DNA of 64,000 nt. Origin: Oikopleura dioica (taxonomy: Eukaryota; Animalia; Chordata). This document shows positions 21,881 to 35,306 of this stretch, in pieces. The translations under genes were made by a program, and so were the position numbers. Below the pieces are notes generated by a model. The model ran no database searches and was not told the origin of the DNA. It was given only the letters and a program-made list of their open reading frames with translations. The stretch is from assembly GCA_907165135.1 (NCBI GenBank), contig OU015566.1, forward strand, positions 1,922,001-1,986,000. Reading direction: 5' to 3'. Position 1 is the first letter of the stretch; every line of letters starts with the position of its first letter.

Positions 21881-23665
21881 TTATTTCGAATTTTTAGTAT
21901 CTTTCGTCCAATTTCTCATTTGCAGGTCGTAATAATCTCCAGCTAGTCTAGTGATCACCTTCGCTGTCATATTCGTCATTTCTGACTTTGAGATTGTCTC
22001 TTTGATCGTAACCAGAAAGCTCGAAATAAACTAGATTTTGTTATTAACAAAATTCCATTGGAATTTGAATAATTGAGAAAAACTTACATCTGCAGCGGGG
22101 TGGATATAGTAGTTAATATCTGATCCGTCTAAAGAATCGGCCTGAAAGCGACCAAATTTTCCTAGCTCCTTCAAAATCTGAAAAACCCTGTTTCCATTAT
22201 CATTTTTGACGTCTTTACCTGGACGATTTCAGCTTTATCTAATATACCATTTCCATTCTTGTCAAATAATTTGATCATCGTCGATCCAGTTGTCGCGATG
22301 AAATTGGCAAAAATCTTCTCAAACTCTTGAAAATCGAGCTCGCCATTCCAGTCAGCATCGAATTTATCGAACGAAAATTGAAGAAAATCAGTCATCAAGC
22401 TCGTTTCTGAGAATTTTTAGAGGAAGAGTGAGTGTGGGTTAGGCTACTTTGGCTGATTTTGAGATCTTCCATGAGTTTTTCGCCGCATCTGGACAGTTGA
22501 TCTTTTGGGATCGTTTCATTTTCGCCTCGACAAAGGTCGAAAGACTTTCTTGCCGCGGGCGTGTATCTTCCACCCCACTGGAAAATTGTGGTTTTAGGCA
22601 ATTTCGGGAAAAGTACTTACTTTTGCTAACAGAGCATCAGTAATCTGAACAGATTCTTCAGCAGATTCCCAAATTATATCGTCAACTTTGATTATCGAAC
22701 TGGGAATACCAGCGAAGAGATTTTTGTCTAAAGCGGGTTGTCAGGGGAAAAGCAATTTGGGCGAATTTGGAATTAGAGCACCTTCTGATTTCAATGTGAA
22801 AAATAGTTATGAAAAAAAAAGAGAGAATCAAGCGAGTTATATTCTAAACCCGAAATCTGCCCCACCTTCGATGGTAAAATCGACCAAGCTGGATATCGCG
22901 ATTTTCGCTTTTTCTATTTTGATCTTCGTGTTCTCATCTATGTCTCCACCCATTTCGAGCACCAGCTGGTCGAAGTTCGTGTTCAGTTTGTCTAAGCTTT
23001 CTTGGACGGAGGAGGTGTCGCCAATTAGGTTGTTGAATGTGGCGATTATGCTTTTTACTAAATTGGGATCAGAATACAATTCTGATTTTTCGAAAATTAT
23101 TTTTTTTGGAAATCTATTTTTTGAAATTTTCTTTCAAAAAATTCTTGCCAAACTTACATCCAGTAGCATAAACATCTTCAACAAAAGTCTGTCCACACTG
23201 AGCGACATTTTTAAACGAGTTCATGTTTCTACACGGCTCCGGCATTATAAAATTCGTTTTCGAAATTCCAGCTTTGATCTCTTTGTATCCGCTGATGCTC
23301 GATTTGAACATGGTATCCATGTCGCCGACGATTTTCTCGATCGTTTCTGTCGGAATTTCTTTGGAAAAAGAGGAATAAAGAAGAAAATTGAGAATCTTCA
23401 TTTTAAGCGGTTTTGAAAGCGAGTTCTTCTGCGAGCTAGAAAATGTCTAGTCTGGTCTGAAATTGTTTGCATTTTCAAAGTTTACTTTGCTTGCGCGGGG
23501 TTATGACCTCGTCTACCGAGTTCACTTTTGTAAAATCATTTGACTCAAATGCAAATATGGTCTTGCAGACTATGTATTTGTACTTCCAAAGATTTTTGAT
23601 AATAATTCTCTTTAATGATAGGTAGAATCAGAAGAATCAGAATGAACAATGAGCAAAGTTTGACC
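21881..23665 (-). CDS. Multi-exon EF-hand calcium-binding protein, copy 2 (5' end approximate)
   Basis: Duplicate of 17995-19780. Confidence 0.65.
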
Positions 23666-24256
23666 ACGCAAATGCTCCGTCTTGCTCCGCCTAAGCTAAT
23701 TTGGGCACGCCGTGCTCAGTCATGCTCATGCTCAGCCAAAAATGTGATTTTTCAAACCCTAAATACAGCTGCGAGCATATGCGTTGGATGAAGGTTGACA
23801 AAGTCTGCAAAAATTTTCCATAAAGCTAAACTTCGAACAATATTTTCTTGATTTTCCTGAAGCTTATATTGTTATCGAGGTAGTTAGAAGAGGTTGAATT
23901 CCACTCAAGTTTTGACCCAGATGCAATGGTTGATACAAAATTGAAAATCGAGATAAAGTCATTTTCAAAGAATTTTTATTTTTGGTCCTCATTCTTCTAT
24001 TAAAACTGTCGATGTAAAGAAATAATTATAGCAGTAAATGATTCATTCTTTCGTCATAAATTTTTAATTCCTTTTTTTCTTGATTCAAAGTTACTCAAGA
24101 CGAAAGGGAAAGCAATCGTCCAATCACCGCGCCGTTATTCGTCGATTTTCCCTTTCGAAGCGTGCTTTGAAATGGGGCGGAGTGAATTTTATTCCGAAAG
24201 AGGAAAAGAGTTTTTCTTAAAAAGGAAGAATCGGATCGGCAAAGAAACGAAAGAAA

Positions 24257-26223
24257 ATGGAAGTCGACGAGCAAGGAAAGAAATTCGAAATCGTCAAAAT
24301 CGAAACTGAAGCTCAAACCTCAGATCCGTCCGAGCAAAGAATCAAAATCGTCTTCAAAGCAAATGAGAAAGAAATTTTTCTGCGAAATTTGAAACATCAA
24401 GTCAAGGACAGCCAAATTATCGTCATTGGAAATTCGGGATGTGAAGCGACTGTAGAACCGGATAGAAATCAGTCCAGCAGATCTATTATTCGAATAAAGG
24501 TTAGTTTTAACCGCTAGATGTTGGTTATGACTTCTTTTTAGTTCAAAAATATTCCCTCCGAAGAAATCACGATCGAATTCTATTGCCTCTGTGCGAATTT
24601 CAACAACGTCAAAAACCTCTTCGACTCCATCGAAGACCATGATTCAACGAAGATCGATTTCAAATGTAAGTCACCCCTTTCCTTTCCCTTCCCAATCCGT
24701 TCTTCAGCTAAAGATATGTACCTGAAAGCGTGGCCAACTCATCGTCCAGATTTGTACATACGAAAGAAACCGAAACCGAATCAAGTGGAGATATCGATCA
24801 AAGTGATGAGGAAGATTTCAACTGGGCAAGGCATGCGGCATCAGGAAGGGCAGAGCCCAGTTACTGTCATGTAAGAGCGCTTCTCTATCATGATTCTTAT
24901 TTTCGAGCGACTCATTTTCGTTGGAATTTGAATGACTACTGCTGTTTACACATCCCAGCGAAAGTAATTCGCTCATCGATGAGAATCGTTGTGTTGCTTT
25001 ATTAGATGATTTTAGTTGTTTATCGTTCAAATGATCTTATTCCGAATTTCTAGCGCCGACAAAGACTTCACCCTTCACCACATTCTCGAATACGTCCGAC
25101 ACAAGAACGAGAACTCAACTCCGCGCGACAAGTTTATCTGGGGAACACCCAAAAATCGCGGGCAGCAGTACGAAACAAGCATAAAACTGGGCGATCTCGT
25201 TGTCAAAACTGGCGGTACTCCTTTTGTAATGATGCCACCGCAGCAAACTCTTCAATCGCGGTCTCCAATGACTGGCAATCCAGCTGGAAATATGCAAGGT
25301 CATTTCCAACAGCAGCATTCTCACCAGCATCAGCATCATCAACACCAGCATCATCAGCATCAGATTTATCAACAGCCCCAGCAGCAGCAAATGGTAGTTC
25401 CCAGTCATCTTTCCGTCCATCCTTCTGATAATCTTCAAAATCCAGCGAATAATCTCCCCTTCAACCCAACTGGCTACGCTCTTGTGTCCGATCACGCGAC
25501 TCCCAGACAGGAACTGTTTGAAATTTTAGCGAAAGGCAATGTTTCTTTACGAAAAACATACTTCCTCCGATTTTCCCCTTTTCCGTTCGAAATTTCAAAC
25601 CTAAAAAAGCGTCAAGAGACGATCGAATACTTTAATAATCAGCCATATTTTAATCCGGAAGAGGCCCAAAATCAACAGCTGAGTATGGCTGGAAATCGAC
25701 TCCGCCACATTGCTATTTTCCACAGGTAAATCGGAAATCGATCGGTCCTCCTTTCTTAACCCTCTTTTCAGAAATTTTCGAGCTGCGCTTGTCCAGTGCG
25801 TCAATAATGCAAGACCTGAAGAAAGAACCAGGTTCGTCTACTCCTCCCATTGCCCCATTCTACAGACGCATTTTAGATATAATGATCCAGAACGAATGAC
25901 CCCAGTTACGCCCCAAGCGAAAGATCTCGGTCAAGAAATCCGCCTCCTCGCCGACGACATCAGAACTTTCGGCCTCGAGCTGATCCGACTTGGCGCAGAA
26001 TTCCACCGAGACCCGAATTTCCAAGGCGACGAAGAGGGAAAAGAAAAGTTTCGCCGTCTCATTCAGGTAAAAATCATGCTGTTTTCGATCTCAAATTGGA
26101 TCTTTTTAGAACAATATGGATGCAGCTCGATATCTTCATCCTCTTTTGACGAATTTAACGAACATCACCATTCCTCTTCCTCACGATCCACCGCGATATT
26201 TGAGTGTCTATCACCCGAGATAA
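24257..26223 (+). CDS. Multi-exon hypothetical protein with a Gln/His-rich region
   Basis: Successive exons from MEVDEQGKKF through QQQHSHQHQHHQH to RRLIQ/NNMDAARYLHPLL...HPR*; family not recognised with confidence. Confidence 0.55.
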
Positions 26224-26425
26224 TTGTTATAATGATGTTTAATTGTTTATTAGAAATTAAAGAAAAAATCTCTGTATAAACAAAAAATGAAATTATTTTT
26301 CTCGCTCCTGTTTTGATTTTGATTCTCTTCTCTATTCTTTTCGAAAATTCATACAGGCTGTATGAAATTATCTGTAGAAATCATATTAAATTTGAACAAA
26401 TAAACGTCAATTTTTGAAATTCTAG

Positions 26426-27153
26426 ATGGGTTTGCTGGCGTTGCTCAGGAGTTTGCGGCCGAAGGAGACGAAAGAATGCAGAATTCTTTTACTAGGGCTT
26501 GATAATGCTGGTAAAGTACCTCGAATTTCCACAGCTTCAATTTTTCAGGAAAAACGACGATTGTCAAGAAATTCTCGAGCGAAGACATCACGGAAGTCAC
26601 TCCAACGCAAGGCTTCAACATCAAATCCGTCAATACAAATGGCTTCAAGGTACCTTAACCCCCTCCTTAACCTCTCTCACCTCTTCTTTCTTTAGCTGAA
26701 TGTGTGGGACATCGGAGGACAGCGGCGATTGAGGCCATATTGGTCGAATTATTTTGAAAACACAGATGTGCTGATTTACGTCGTCGACAGCGCGGATATT
26801 CGAAGACTTCAGGAAGCAGCAGAGGTAAGAGAAGACGCAAAAGAGCTGTAGAAATCGTCTTTTGAGGAATTCGACGAGCTTCTTCAAGAAGATCGCCTGG
26901 CAAAAGTCCCTTGTTTGGTTTATGCGAACAAGCAGGACTTGGAAACCGCCGAGACTTCGTAAGTCGCCTTTTTAGAAATTTCAAACCTTTATTTTTGAAT
27001 TCTAGCGCCGACGTCGCCCGAGAACTGAAGCTGCACAAGTTGAAAGACCGCGCGTTTCAAATCCAGCCATGCTCAGCCAAATCTGGCGAAGGTGTCAAAG
27101 AAGGCCTCGAATGGGTCCTCAAGCAAGTCAAAAACGCGACAGCAAAGAAATGA
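26426..27153 (+). CDS. ARL3: ADP-ribosylation factor-like GTPase 3 (5 exons)
   Basis: [11 protein letters not shown]...[46 protein letters not shown]. Confidence 0.9.
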
Positions 27154-27443
27154 AAAATACGCTGGAAAAGTCAAAACGCAACGCCACGACAATTGAGAAA
27201 CCTTTCTTTCGCTTTTCTCGTCTTTTCTTGTCCCTGTATTTTCGCACTAGTCTGTTCTTGCATTCGCTTTTGTGACTGTAGCTTTTTCGAGCAAACTTTT
27301 AGACATTCTTTTATTAATTATTTTTGCAACAATCAATTTTGGATTCAAAATCTGCTATTTTTATACAAAAAAGTAATAAATTCTTTTTGTTTTGTACCTT
27401 TTTCTGTTACAGTAACTGTCTAACTGTCAATTCTTTCTATAGA

Positions 27444-27991
27444 ATGCTGAGAATATCCGGAGCAGCGTGTAGATATTCAATTCGTCAAGCAAGGTTCAAG
27501 GTAAAAAAGGGACACAGAAATCGGAAAATGATAAAAAAATCTAGTTTGATAACGATTTCGCGCTGAAAAAGAAACCTATCGCGTCGATTCCCACGAAAGA
27601 AGAGCTTCTCGAGCTGATAGAAAATGCCCCACCAGGTTTTTCATAAATTTCTCGCTGTTTGTAAACAAACCTAGCCAGCACAAATGTAGAAATGACGATC
27701 AAAGTGGACGATCTCGCCAAAATAAGCGAAAAATCCACGTTTATTCGTCCTTCTTTCGGGGAAATTTTCAAACTTAACCGCGATCCGAACAGAATTCCTC
27801 ATGGTTTTATTACGAATCAGAATTGCTCGCCGCTTGTTTTTCTTCAGGTGAATCTATTTTCTTTCGGCTGGGGGTTGATGTTCTTTTTCTAGGAAATTTC
27901 GGAGATGGGCTGGTACAAATATAATATTGTCCAGAAAGGCGACTTTTATTTGGCGAAAGATCTTGAAAGAATTGACTTGGAATCGACCTGA
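27444..27991 (+). CDS. Four-exon hypothetical protein with a mitochondrial-presequence-like N-terminus
   Basis: MLRISGAACRYSIRQARFK/FDNDFALKKK.../...LERIDLEST*; exons joined by short GT-AG introns. Confidence 0.5.
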
Positions 27992-29236
27992 AATTTGGAC
28001 GAAAAACTTTTCTGTTTGATGAGCTATCAGAATCTGCATATAAAGGAAATTATTTTTTTGACTTTCGTCAATTCGGGTAGGAAACCCTTACGAATAAACT
28101 GAGATTTAGTATCCGTTTTAGACTCAAATATTTTGAGTTATCGCAGCTTCTGTAGGAATAAATAAGGTCAAAAAGAGTTCATTCAATCGAAAAAGTTCGA
28201 AAAAACAGCTAGTTAACGAAGCCTGCAGCTCATGGAAAAGGAATCTAAAATCATTATTAATCCGTTGAAATGGCCGTTATATTATTCCGAAAACATGAGA
28301 AAGCGAGCAGTTCAGAGCTCAACCTCTCAATATCTTTGATTAATTCAAAAATATCAAAATAATGAGACAACGATAGGGACAGATTTTTCAATTGAAAAAT
28401 TAATTAAAGTATTTGACAGAAAAACAGGGCTGACCGTTAAAATTCACTTCGAGCCTTCAACATCGGTCTTAATTTAATTTATAATTCGTTTATCGCTGCG
28501 AATATGCTTATTTTCTGCTGAAGGAATCGCAATTATTTTCCCCGTTTATGCAAAAACAGAGACAGCAATTGTCAATTGGAACCATGAGCAGCAATTTACG
28601 CTGCAAATTGAGCAGATCCTGTCATACAGCGGGCTATTAATTGATAACGTGAAAAAGGACCAGTTGGGCACGATGAGGGTTAATATAATATTTCGATCCA
28701 AATGATACTTATTTGACCGCGCCTTTTTAATCTATTCCACGATTAGTTTAATTTTGGGAATCATTTCCCTACGAATTTTGCTTCTTGCTTCTGTTTTTTT
28801 TTAAATTGGGTTAATTAATTTCTTCCGAAAGCTCAGGAGGTGCTCATTCTAAATCTAATCGGTCTTTTAGTGACAAATTTTTGTTCAAAATACAGCACCC
28901 TTGTAGCTGGGGTCATGTTCACTGGAAATTTAAAAATTCAACGAAACCAATTTCCAATTTCTTTGTATATAGCGGGGTTAAATATCAAAATTTCAACGTT
29001 GATTTTTTAAACCACCGAGGGAAGAGATTTCCAGGACTGCGTATTTACCCAAAAGCAGTTGAGCGCAGTTCATTTTGCGATTCGAAGTTTTATTTTCGTG
29101 TAAAACAACCGTTCTGTTGGCGCCATCGCCAGTTCCAGCAGGTATAAAACAGCCGCAAATCTTGCCAAAATCATCAAAATCAATCATTCAAATAGAAAAA
29201 ATTTGAATCGATAAAAGACAAAAAAAAAACAGGAAG

Positions 29237-30244
29237 ATGAAAATTTTTAAAGCCGCCAGTCTTATCTCCGCCGCTGCTGCTACCTGCTCCTGGAAACAGG
29301 ACAAGAAGCCGAATAGGTGTAACGACGTCTCCTACAAAATGACCAAGACCAACACTTGGGTTTGCAAGGACTGCTTCAATTACAGGTTAGATTCCCAGAA
29401 AGCTTTATAGCTAGCTTATTCATTTAGAATCGAGTTCCAACTGCGCGAATTGAACATGAACTGGTGGTGGACCCACGACGACTTCATGTACATGACCTTC
29501 GACGAGCCCGTCACCTTCATCACCGCTGCCCATCCAGTCGACAACGTCGAACTCCACGACACCAATTCCGCCGGCGACCAGATTTACAAAATCTCCTTCA
29601 AAGATGGCTTCGTTCCTGGCGACGGTCGAATTGACTTCAACATCCGTAAGTTTTTATCAACCACTAATTCTATGATTCCTTAATCCTCACCGATCCTTTT
29701 TCTCTAGAATTCCGAGAAGACAACCTGACTTCGCACGCCACAGCCGGCCACGTCTGCCCCAACTGCTACGACCTTCCCAAAGATGGAACCATGTACGCTC
29801 AGTTCATCGACCTCCGAGACATCGTACTCAGCTCCGCAAAGAAGAGCCAAATGAATCACAATAAATATATTAACTTGATGAACCGCGTCAACGGCTTCTT
29901 CACCTCCCACGACGAAATCATCATCGACAGACCAGCTATAGGCGGCTGCAGATTGCCATTTTGGCCCGGCAACTATGGAACTGATTCTTATGAAACTTGG
30001 TAAGAAGAAAAGCTTTTCATCATTTCTATTCCATTTTAGGAAAGCGGCTAACAACGACGAACTTGAAAGACTTCGAACTAGCGACTCACTCGCTGATACT
30101 TGCGCCATGATCGACCTGATCGAAGAATACGTTTTGGAAATCGCCAAAAACGCCGCCTGCCTTGACAAGATGCCAGACCGAAAGAAGGCGAAATTTGCCG
30201 ACAAAATTCAAGAAATCAGCTGGTCAAAGAGCCCAAATTGCTAA
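29237..30244 (+). CDS. Secreted Cys-containing protein (4 exons)
   Basis: Signal-like MKIFKAASLISAAAA; exons linked by short GT-AG introns. Confidence 0.6.
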
Positions 30245-30336
30245 ATGTTCTTTCTCTCTGACTGCGAAAAATATTTTCATCTTCATTGATCAAAAAATAA
30301 AAAAAAATTCAAAGAAACCTCTTTTTTTTCTCATTT

Positions 30337-30876
30337 CTAGCAGTAAAGAGCATTCTTGAATTTGCAGGTAAATTGACGTTTTTCATTGCATTTTCGGTCA
30401 ACCCATCTGTTTGTCAAATGAATCTCGGAATCCATGAACGGCCCTGGATTTGGGATGTTGTAAATATGAAGCCCATCGATTCCAACACAGTTTTCTCTTC
30501 CCCTCTGATTATTTGGTTCTTCTGGAGCCCAGATGTTGAAATTTTCGGGGGTGAAACTCGCTGAAATCTGTTGTCCGTCCAAATTGATGAATTTATCATT
30601 TTTTCTCTCAATACCAAGCCACTCAAAACGGTATTTTCCGAGGTTCTCTTGAGCAAGTATGTTCAAACTTTCCTTGTAAAGCGAATATTCTTCTTCAGTG
30701 TCGAAGTAGGCCAGTTCTCCCCCGAGTTTCTCACAAATCTTCTTCGCCTTATTCCATGAAAGTTTCAGATGGGAAGGCATATTGAAAAACTTTACGCATT
30801 CTTCTGATTTGTTCGTCGAAGAAGTGACTTTTTCGCCTCGAAAATATGCAAGAAAAAGAAGAGTTCTTATGCTCAT
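30337..30876 (-). CDS. Secreted single-domain C-type lectin
   Basis: SWNKAKKICEKLGGELA, WLGI, WAPEEPNN (EPN motif), ENCV, WVDRKC. Confidence 0.88.
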   Translation of the reverse strand: MSIRTLLFLAYFRGEKVTSSTNKSEECVKFFNMPSHLKLSWNKAKKICEKLGGELAYFDTEEEYSLYKESLNILAQENLGKYRFEWLGIERKNDKFINLDGQQISASFTPENFNIWAPEEPNNQRGRENCVGIDGLHIYNIPNPGPFMDSEIHLTNRWVDRKCNEKRQFTCKFKNALYC

Positions 30877-31029
30877 GTTGAGATAGCAAAATGTTTTTAG
30901 GAAGAAATCGAAAAGAAATCGTTGCGGGGCGATTTTTATTGATTTTCTATCATAATTATTTTGTCAATTATCTCAAAAAGCAATGTCATTAGAACAATGA
31001 ATTTGAAATTCTTCTGTAAAAATGTTTTT

Positions 31030-31820
31030 TTATTGAGAATCGTACGTAGCTGAATTTGTTAAATCTTCTGAAATCAGTGTCCATGGTTCGCCAACTGATT
31101 CTTTCAGGTCTTTCAGTAGACTGAAGCCAGTTTGTCCTTGATTATTCTTTCTCGATAATCTGGCAGAGTTCGCGAGCAACAGCTTGAAAAGTTTCAGATC
31201 TTCGCATTCTAGAGCAAGATGAACCGCCGTGCAACCATCTCGGTCTATTCTTGAGTTTTAATTTTGATGAAAATTGCTTTCGTTATTTTAACTCAGTCGT
31301 GTCGTGAAGATTGACTTTGCATCCCTTTTTCAGCAAAAATCTAACGCAATCAATTTGGCCCGCTGCAGTGGCCTCCATGAGTGGGGTAGATTTCGAGTAG
31401 CTGAAGTCAAATTTGAAATCAAGGAAGAGTTTTTAGAAAAATATTTTTTACCTCAAAATATTCAAATCAGCGCCAGATTGAACGAGAAACTATCAAAAGG
31501 CATATTCCTGATTCTTTGATAGAATTTTTATTAAAAGAAGCATCCTTTTCCTTTACAATATCCAAGTGCCCAAATCGAGAAGCCATATGAAGCGCGCTCC
31601 AACAAGCCGAAGTTGTCCAATTTACCAAATTTGGTCGAATCCTGAATTTTTAAATTTTCGAAACCTCTTCAATAATTTTTCCCACAAACTTGAGAATTCT
31701 CTGAACTTGCAGCAAATCTCCACTCTCTGCCGCATAAACAATCCTGCTCTGCTCACAACTCGCTCTTCTGAAAACTTCATCTTCGAGTTGAATATTTCTT
31801 ATTTGAGAAAATTGCTCCAT
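31030..31820 (-). CDS. Ankyrin-repeat protein (multi-exon)
   Basis: Manual translation: IVYAAESGDLLQVQRILK, SALHMASRFGHLDIVK/FLVQSGAD, TPLMEATAAGQIDCVRFLL, TAVHLALECEDLKLFKLLL. Confidence 0.8.
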
Positions 31821-31986
31821 TTGAAACGGGAAAATGAGAGTAACGCAAATCGAAGACCTCAGACAGAGAGTTGCCTCGGTTTATGTTATAATTGGAGTTT
31901 TTTAAGGTCACGAATGATCATTATTCCTGCTTTAATTACGTTTTAACAGACGATTTTTGACGAATGAAGGTTTTAAAAGAAGAGAT

Positions 31987-32749
31987 TTATTTTTTATATA
32001 ATTTCTTTGGATTTGCTCCAAGCAAAAGATATTGTGGCGTCGAAAAATACTCCAGCCCTAAAAAAAGGATGAAAAAAAATCGGGGATTGTCAAATTGACA
32101 ATGTCAATCCCGGATTGATTAATTTAAAATTTACCTTTTCCAGAAGTCGGATGCATTTTGTACCATTGTTTAATCACAAAAACAACAGAAGAAAATTGCA
32201 AGAAAAACGAGCAAAGAAGTGAGCTCATGAAAAGAGAGTCCCGAACGCAAGTGGCGATGACTTCATTTTCGCTCAAATCTTCCGTGACTTCGCGATTGGA
32301 GCTGAAAACTTTGGTCGCTTCGATGGTCAGGGAAATTGTATCGCGGCTAGAATTTGTTGTCGGGCGATTTTTGGTGAAATAGGCTTACATGGATGCGAAA
32401 ACTAGGAAACAGTAGCAGACCATCAACGGCAAACTGTCACGTGATAAGGCGTTGAGGCCAAAAATGCCAGTAAATAGCGCTAGAAACAGCTCTCCAAGGG
32501 GTTTGATGTAGATCTCTTAATAGTTTTTTTTTCACTTTGAAATATTTTTTTAGCCGCGCGCGGCTTAAAATTTTCACCTTTTGACGAAATATTTTTATCG
32601 AATAATCCCCAAATCGATGTCGCAATTCCAATAACACTGACGCTTATCAAAAAAATCTGCAGAATAAAGAAGAGTCTCGCCCCTTTTCGATCAATAAAAC
32701 CGAAATCAATTCCAGAATACGATTTCGGTATTTTCTTCGTTTTCGTCAT
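31987..32749 (-). CDS. Small multi-pass membrane protein (multi-exon)
   Basis: Three to four hydrophobic segments spread over separate exons. Confidence 0.45.
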
Positions 32750-33820
32750 TTTCGATCTCGTTCGATCTCTTTTTCGCGAAAAATTATTTCTCCGGTCTCG
32801 GCACGTTTTATGGCCGAAAGGGATGAAAGACCACAAACATAGAGAGCAGACTCTTATCACCTTTGCTAGCTCTGGCGAGCTCAAAGAGAGAAAATGAGGC
32901 TATTTATAAGTTCCTCTGTCAGCTCAGAGCTCTAGAATCCCACGACCCTTTGATGGTGGCATCCGTGCGTCAACAAATCTGGGGATCAGGGAAGTGTGAT
33001 TTATTGCAAGAAAGTCAGCACGTCTGTTTCTAAAAATATACTCTGAATGTCAAAAAAAAAACGATTTTTTCCCAATTTTTGTAAAATTGACATTTTTTCT
33101 TCAATTTCTGAGGGTTTTTTCCATCATCCTCATTTACGTGGGAAAACAAGGAAAGCGGGAAATGAAACGTCAAAGAAGGTATTTGGGAAAGAAAAAGGAA
33201 TGTCGTTTATCAAATGTTCCCAATTGGGAACGAGCAATTTATTTTTTTTTTGATTTTTTGGAAAAAAAAAGAAATCGTAAAATGAAAATGAAGTTTTTTT
33301 TTCTTTTGAAAAATGTTGTTTTTATTTGATGTATTCATAAACATATTCAGAGTGTTCTTTCTTTTTCTCAACCCTTTTTCGTTTTCGCTTTTCTTCTCCA
33401 TCGACAGTTTCATATTCGATCAAGTAATTGTGTTCTGCCTTTCTGGTTCCCATCGATTTTGCCTGACGAAAGACTGAAGGCATGGATTCTTGCTTCTCGA
33501 TTGTTTCATAATCGGGCTCTGGTTTTGGTGGAAGCTTCTTGTTGCGTAGATTTTCCAGTTTGTTCTGATCGAAATCGTCTTTTTCAAGCTTATTAACTGT
33601 TTTTTGATTGAATTTTTTGTTTAAAAGCTTTTCCTGGTTCAAAAAGAATTTCTCTCTTTGACTTTGTTTTTTCACCTTTTTTGATTGTTTTCTCTGATTT
33701 TTGCTTACAACACTTGCAACCCATTTTTTGAAAGAATGAATGAAGGGAATAATGAACATGATCAAATAAAGAGTCGATATCTAGAAAAAATATGGCTATT
33801 TTATTTTATTTTTTGAAAGA

Positions 33821-35176
33821 TCAGTATCGATAGGAAGCAGCATTCTTTTGGTCTTCAAGAAATTGCTCATCGTCCCAAATATTGCTCCTCCCGATCCAAA
33901 GAATCCCATCGGCTCCGACTGTTATATCATCGATTTCTTTGATTGGGTCGATGTTGTTGATGAGTTTGGAGTTTCGATCGGTTATTCCGTTGTAAAACAA
34001 TTGTCGTGGCCACTTTTTTAGATGATCAATTTTGCTCGAAAAAGGTTTTTTACCTCGATTTTGCACTGCGCCCGAATTTTATCTCGAACGGATCTGACTG
34101 TGTCTTCCCTATTGATCATCAATTCACGCTTTTCTGGAGCAATGGGCTTGCCAAATCGATTTTGAATCCACCCTTATCCTTTATTCGATTTAAAAACGAA
34201 GATATAATTACCAAAAGTAAGTTTTTTGAAGTCATTTTGCCAAGGAATCTGTTTTCTGACAAAGTTAGTTCCAACATTAGGGCCGTATCGAAGCGGTCTC
34301 GTGACGATTCTTTCATTTGGTGGTGGTGGATTATTGAGTCGCTCCTGGTGCTGGGCGATCATTATTCGATTTGCTAAAAGATTTTCTTTCTCAGAATGGA
34401 CAATTTTGAAGAGAAAAATACCTTGTTGCTCAGTTTGGCGAAGTTGTTCTTTTTGTTGGTTGAATCTTGTTTGGAGAATATCTTCGCGCTGTTGGACTTC
34501 TTCGATCTTCATTTTTGCTTCGTGTTCGCTTTTTATCGCATCTTCCATTCTTTTTTTTGAAAGCGCTGAAAAAAAATAAAAATCTCAGAAGTCGACTTTA
34601 AAAAGAGGCTGAATCGATCAATTCTTAGATTTACCGGCTTCTCTTTCTAGCCTAGCTCGTTCGCGATGAATTGCCGCTGCATCGGTATTTTTGGCGCAGC
34701 TTTCGACATAATCCGCTCCATGATGTCTTTCGCAATGGCGACAGTAAACAGTTCGCCTAGCACAGTCATCCTTCATATGCCGTGGAAGAAGATCGTATCG
34801 AAGCGGTTTGGCAAAGCATTTTGTACATTCGAAATCTCCGGCTTCGGCAAGTTCGTTTTTCATTGGGCGATCTTCAATGTGGTCGACTTTTCAAAATTTC
34901 AGAAAAAAGTGGCTTCGAAAATAGTTTTTGAAATGTTATTTTTTTGAAATTTTCCTACATTTTGGCCACAAACGCACTCTTCATTCCCCCTTTTCTTTGA
35001 GTCGTAGCATTTTCTACAACAATGCTCTTCGCAACAAGCTAAAGCCACAACATCTTCAAGTACCTCCCTGAAAATGAAAAATCAAAGCTAATTCGATATT
35101 CATATCCCTACTTGCAAAGATAGCAAATGACGGAATCGGCGAAATCGCGATCCAAAAGTCTTGCCGCGAATCCCAT
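33821..35176 (-). CDS. RING-like plus TRAF-type zinc-finger plus coiled-coil protein, paralog 1
   Basis: MGFAARLLDRDFADSVICYLCK/EVLEDVVALACCEEHCCRKC, FECTKCFAKPLRYDLLPRHMKDDC, coiled coil, INNIDPIK..DDIT..G.DGILWIGR. Confidence 0.7.
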
Positions 35177-35306
35177 TTCTCTCGATTTGAGACTGGCTTG
35201 GCATTTTTAAATTTGCAAAAGAAATCGACTGAGGCGCTGCGTAATATTTAATATTTGACTTTTGCCTTCGCCAGTTTTGTAGATTCGTCATTTTTCGTTA
35301 GAAATA

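Larger units (their letters stand above)
17825..25528. repeat. Direct tandem segmental duplication: copy 1 at 17825-21643, copy 2 at 21711-25528
   Basis: Identical ORF sets offset by 3885-3886 nt; the only difference noticed is A6 versus A5 near 18192/22078. Confidence 0.95.
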
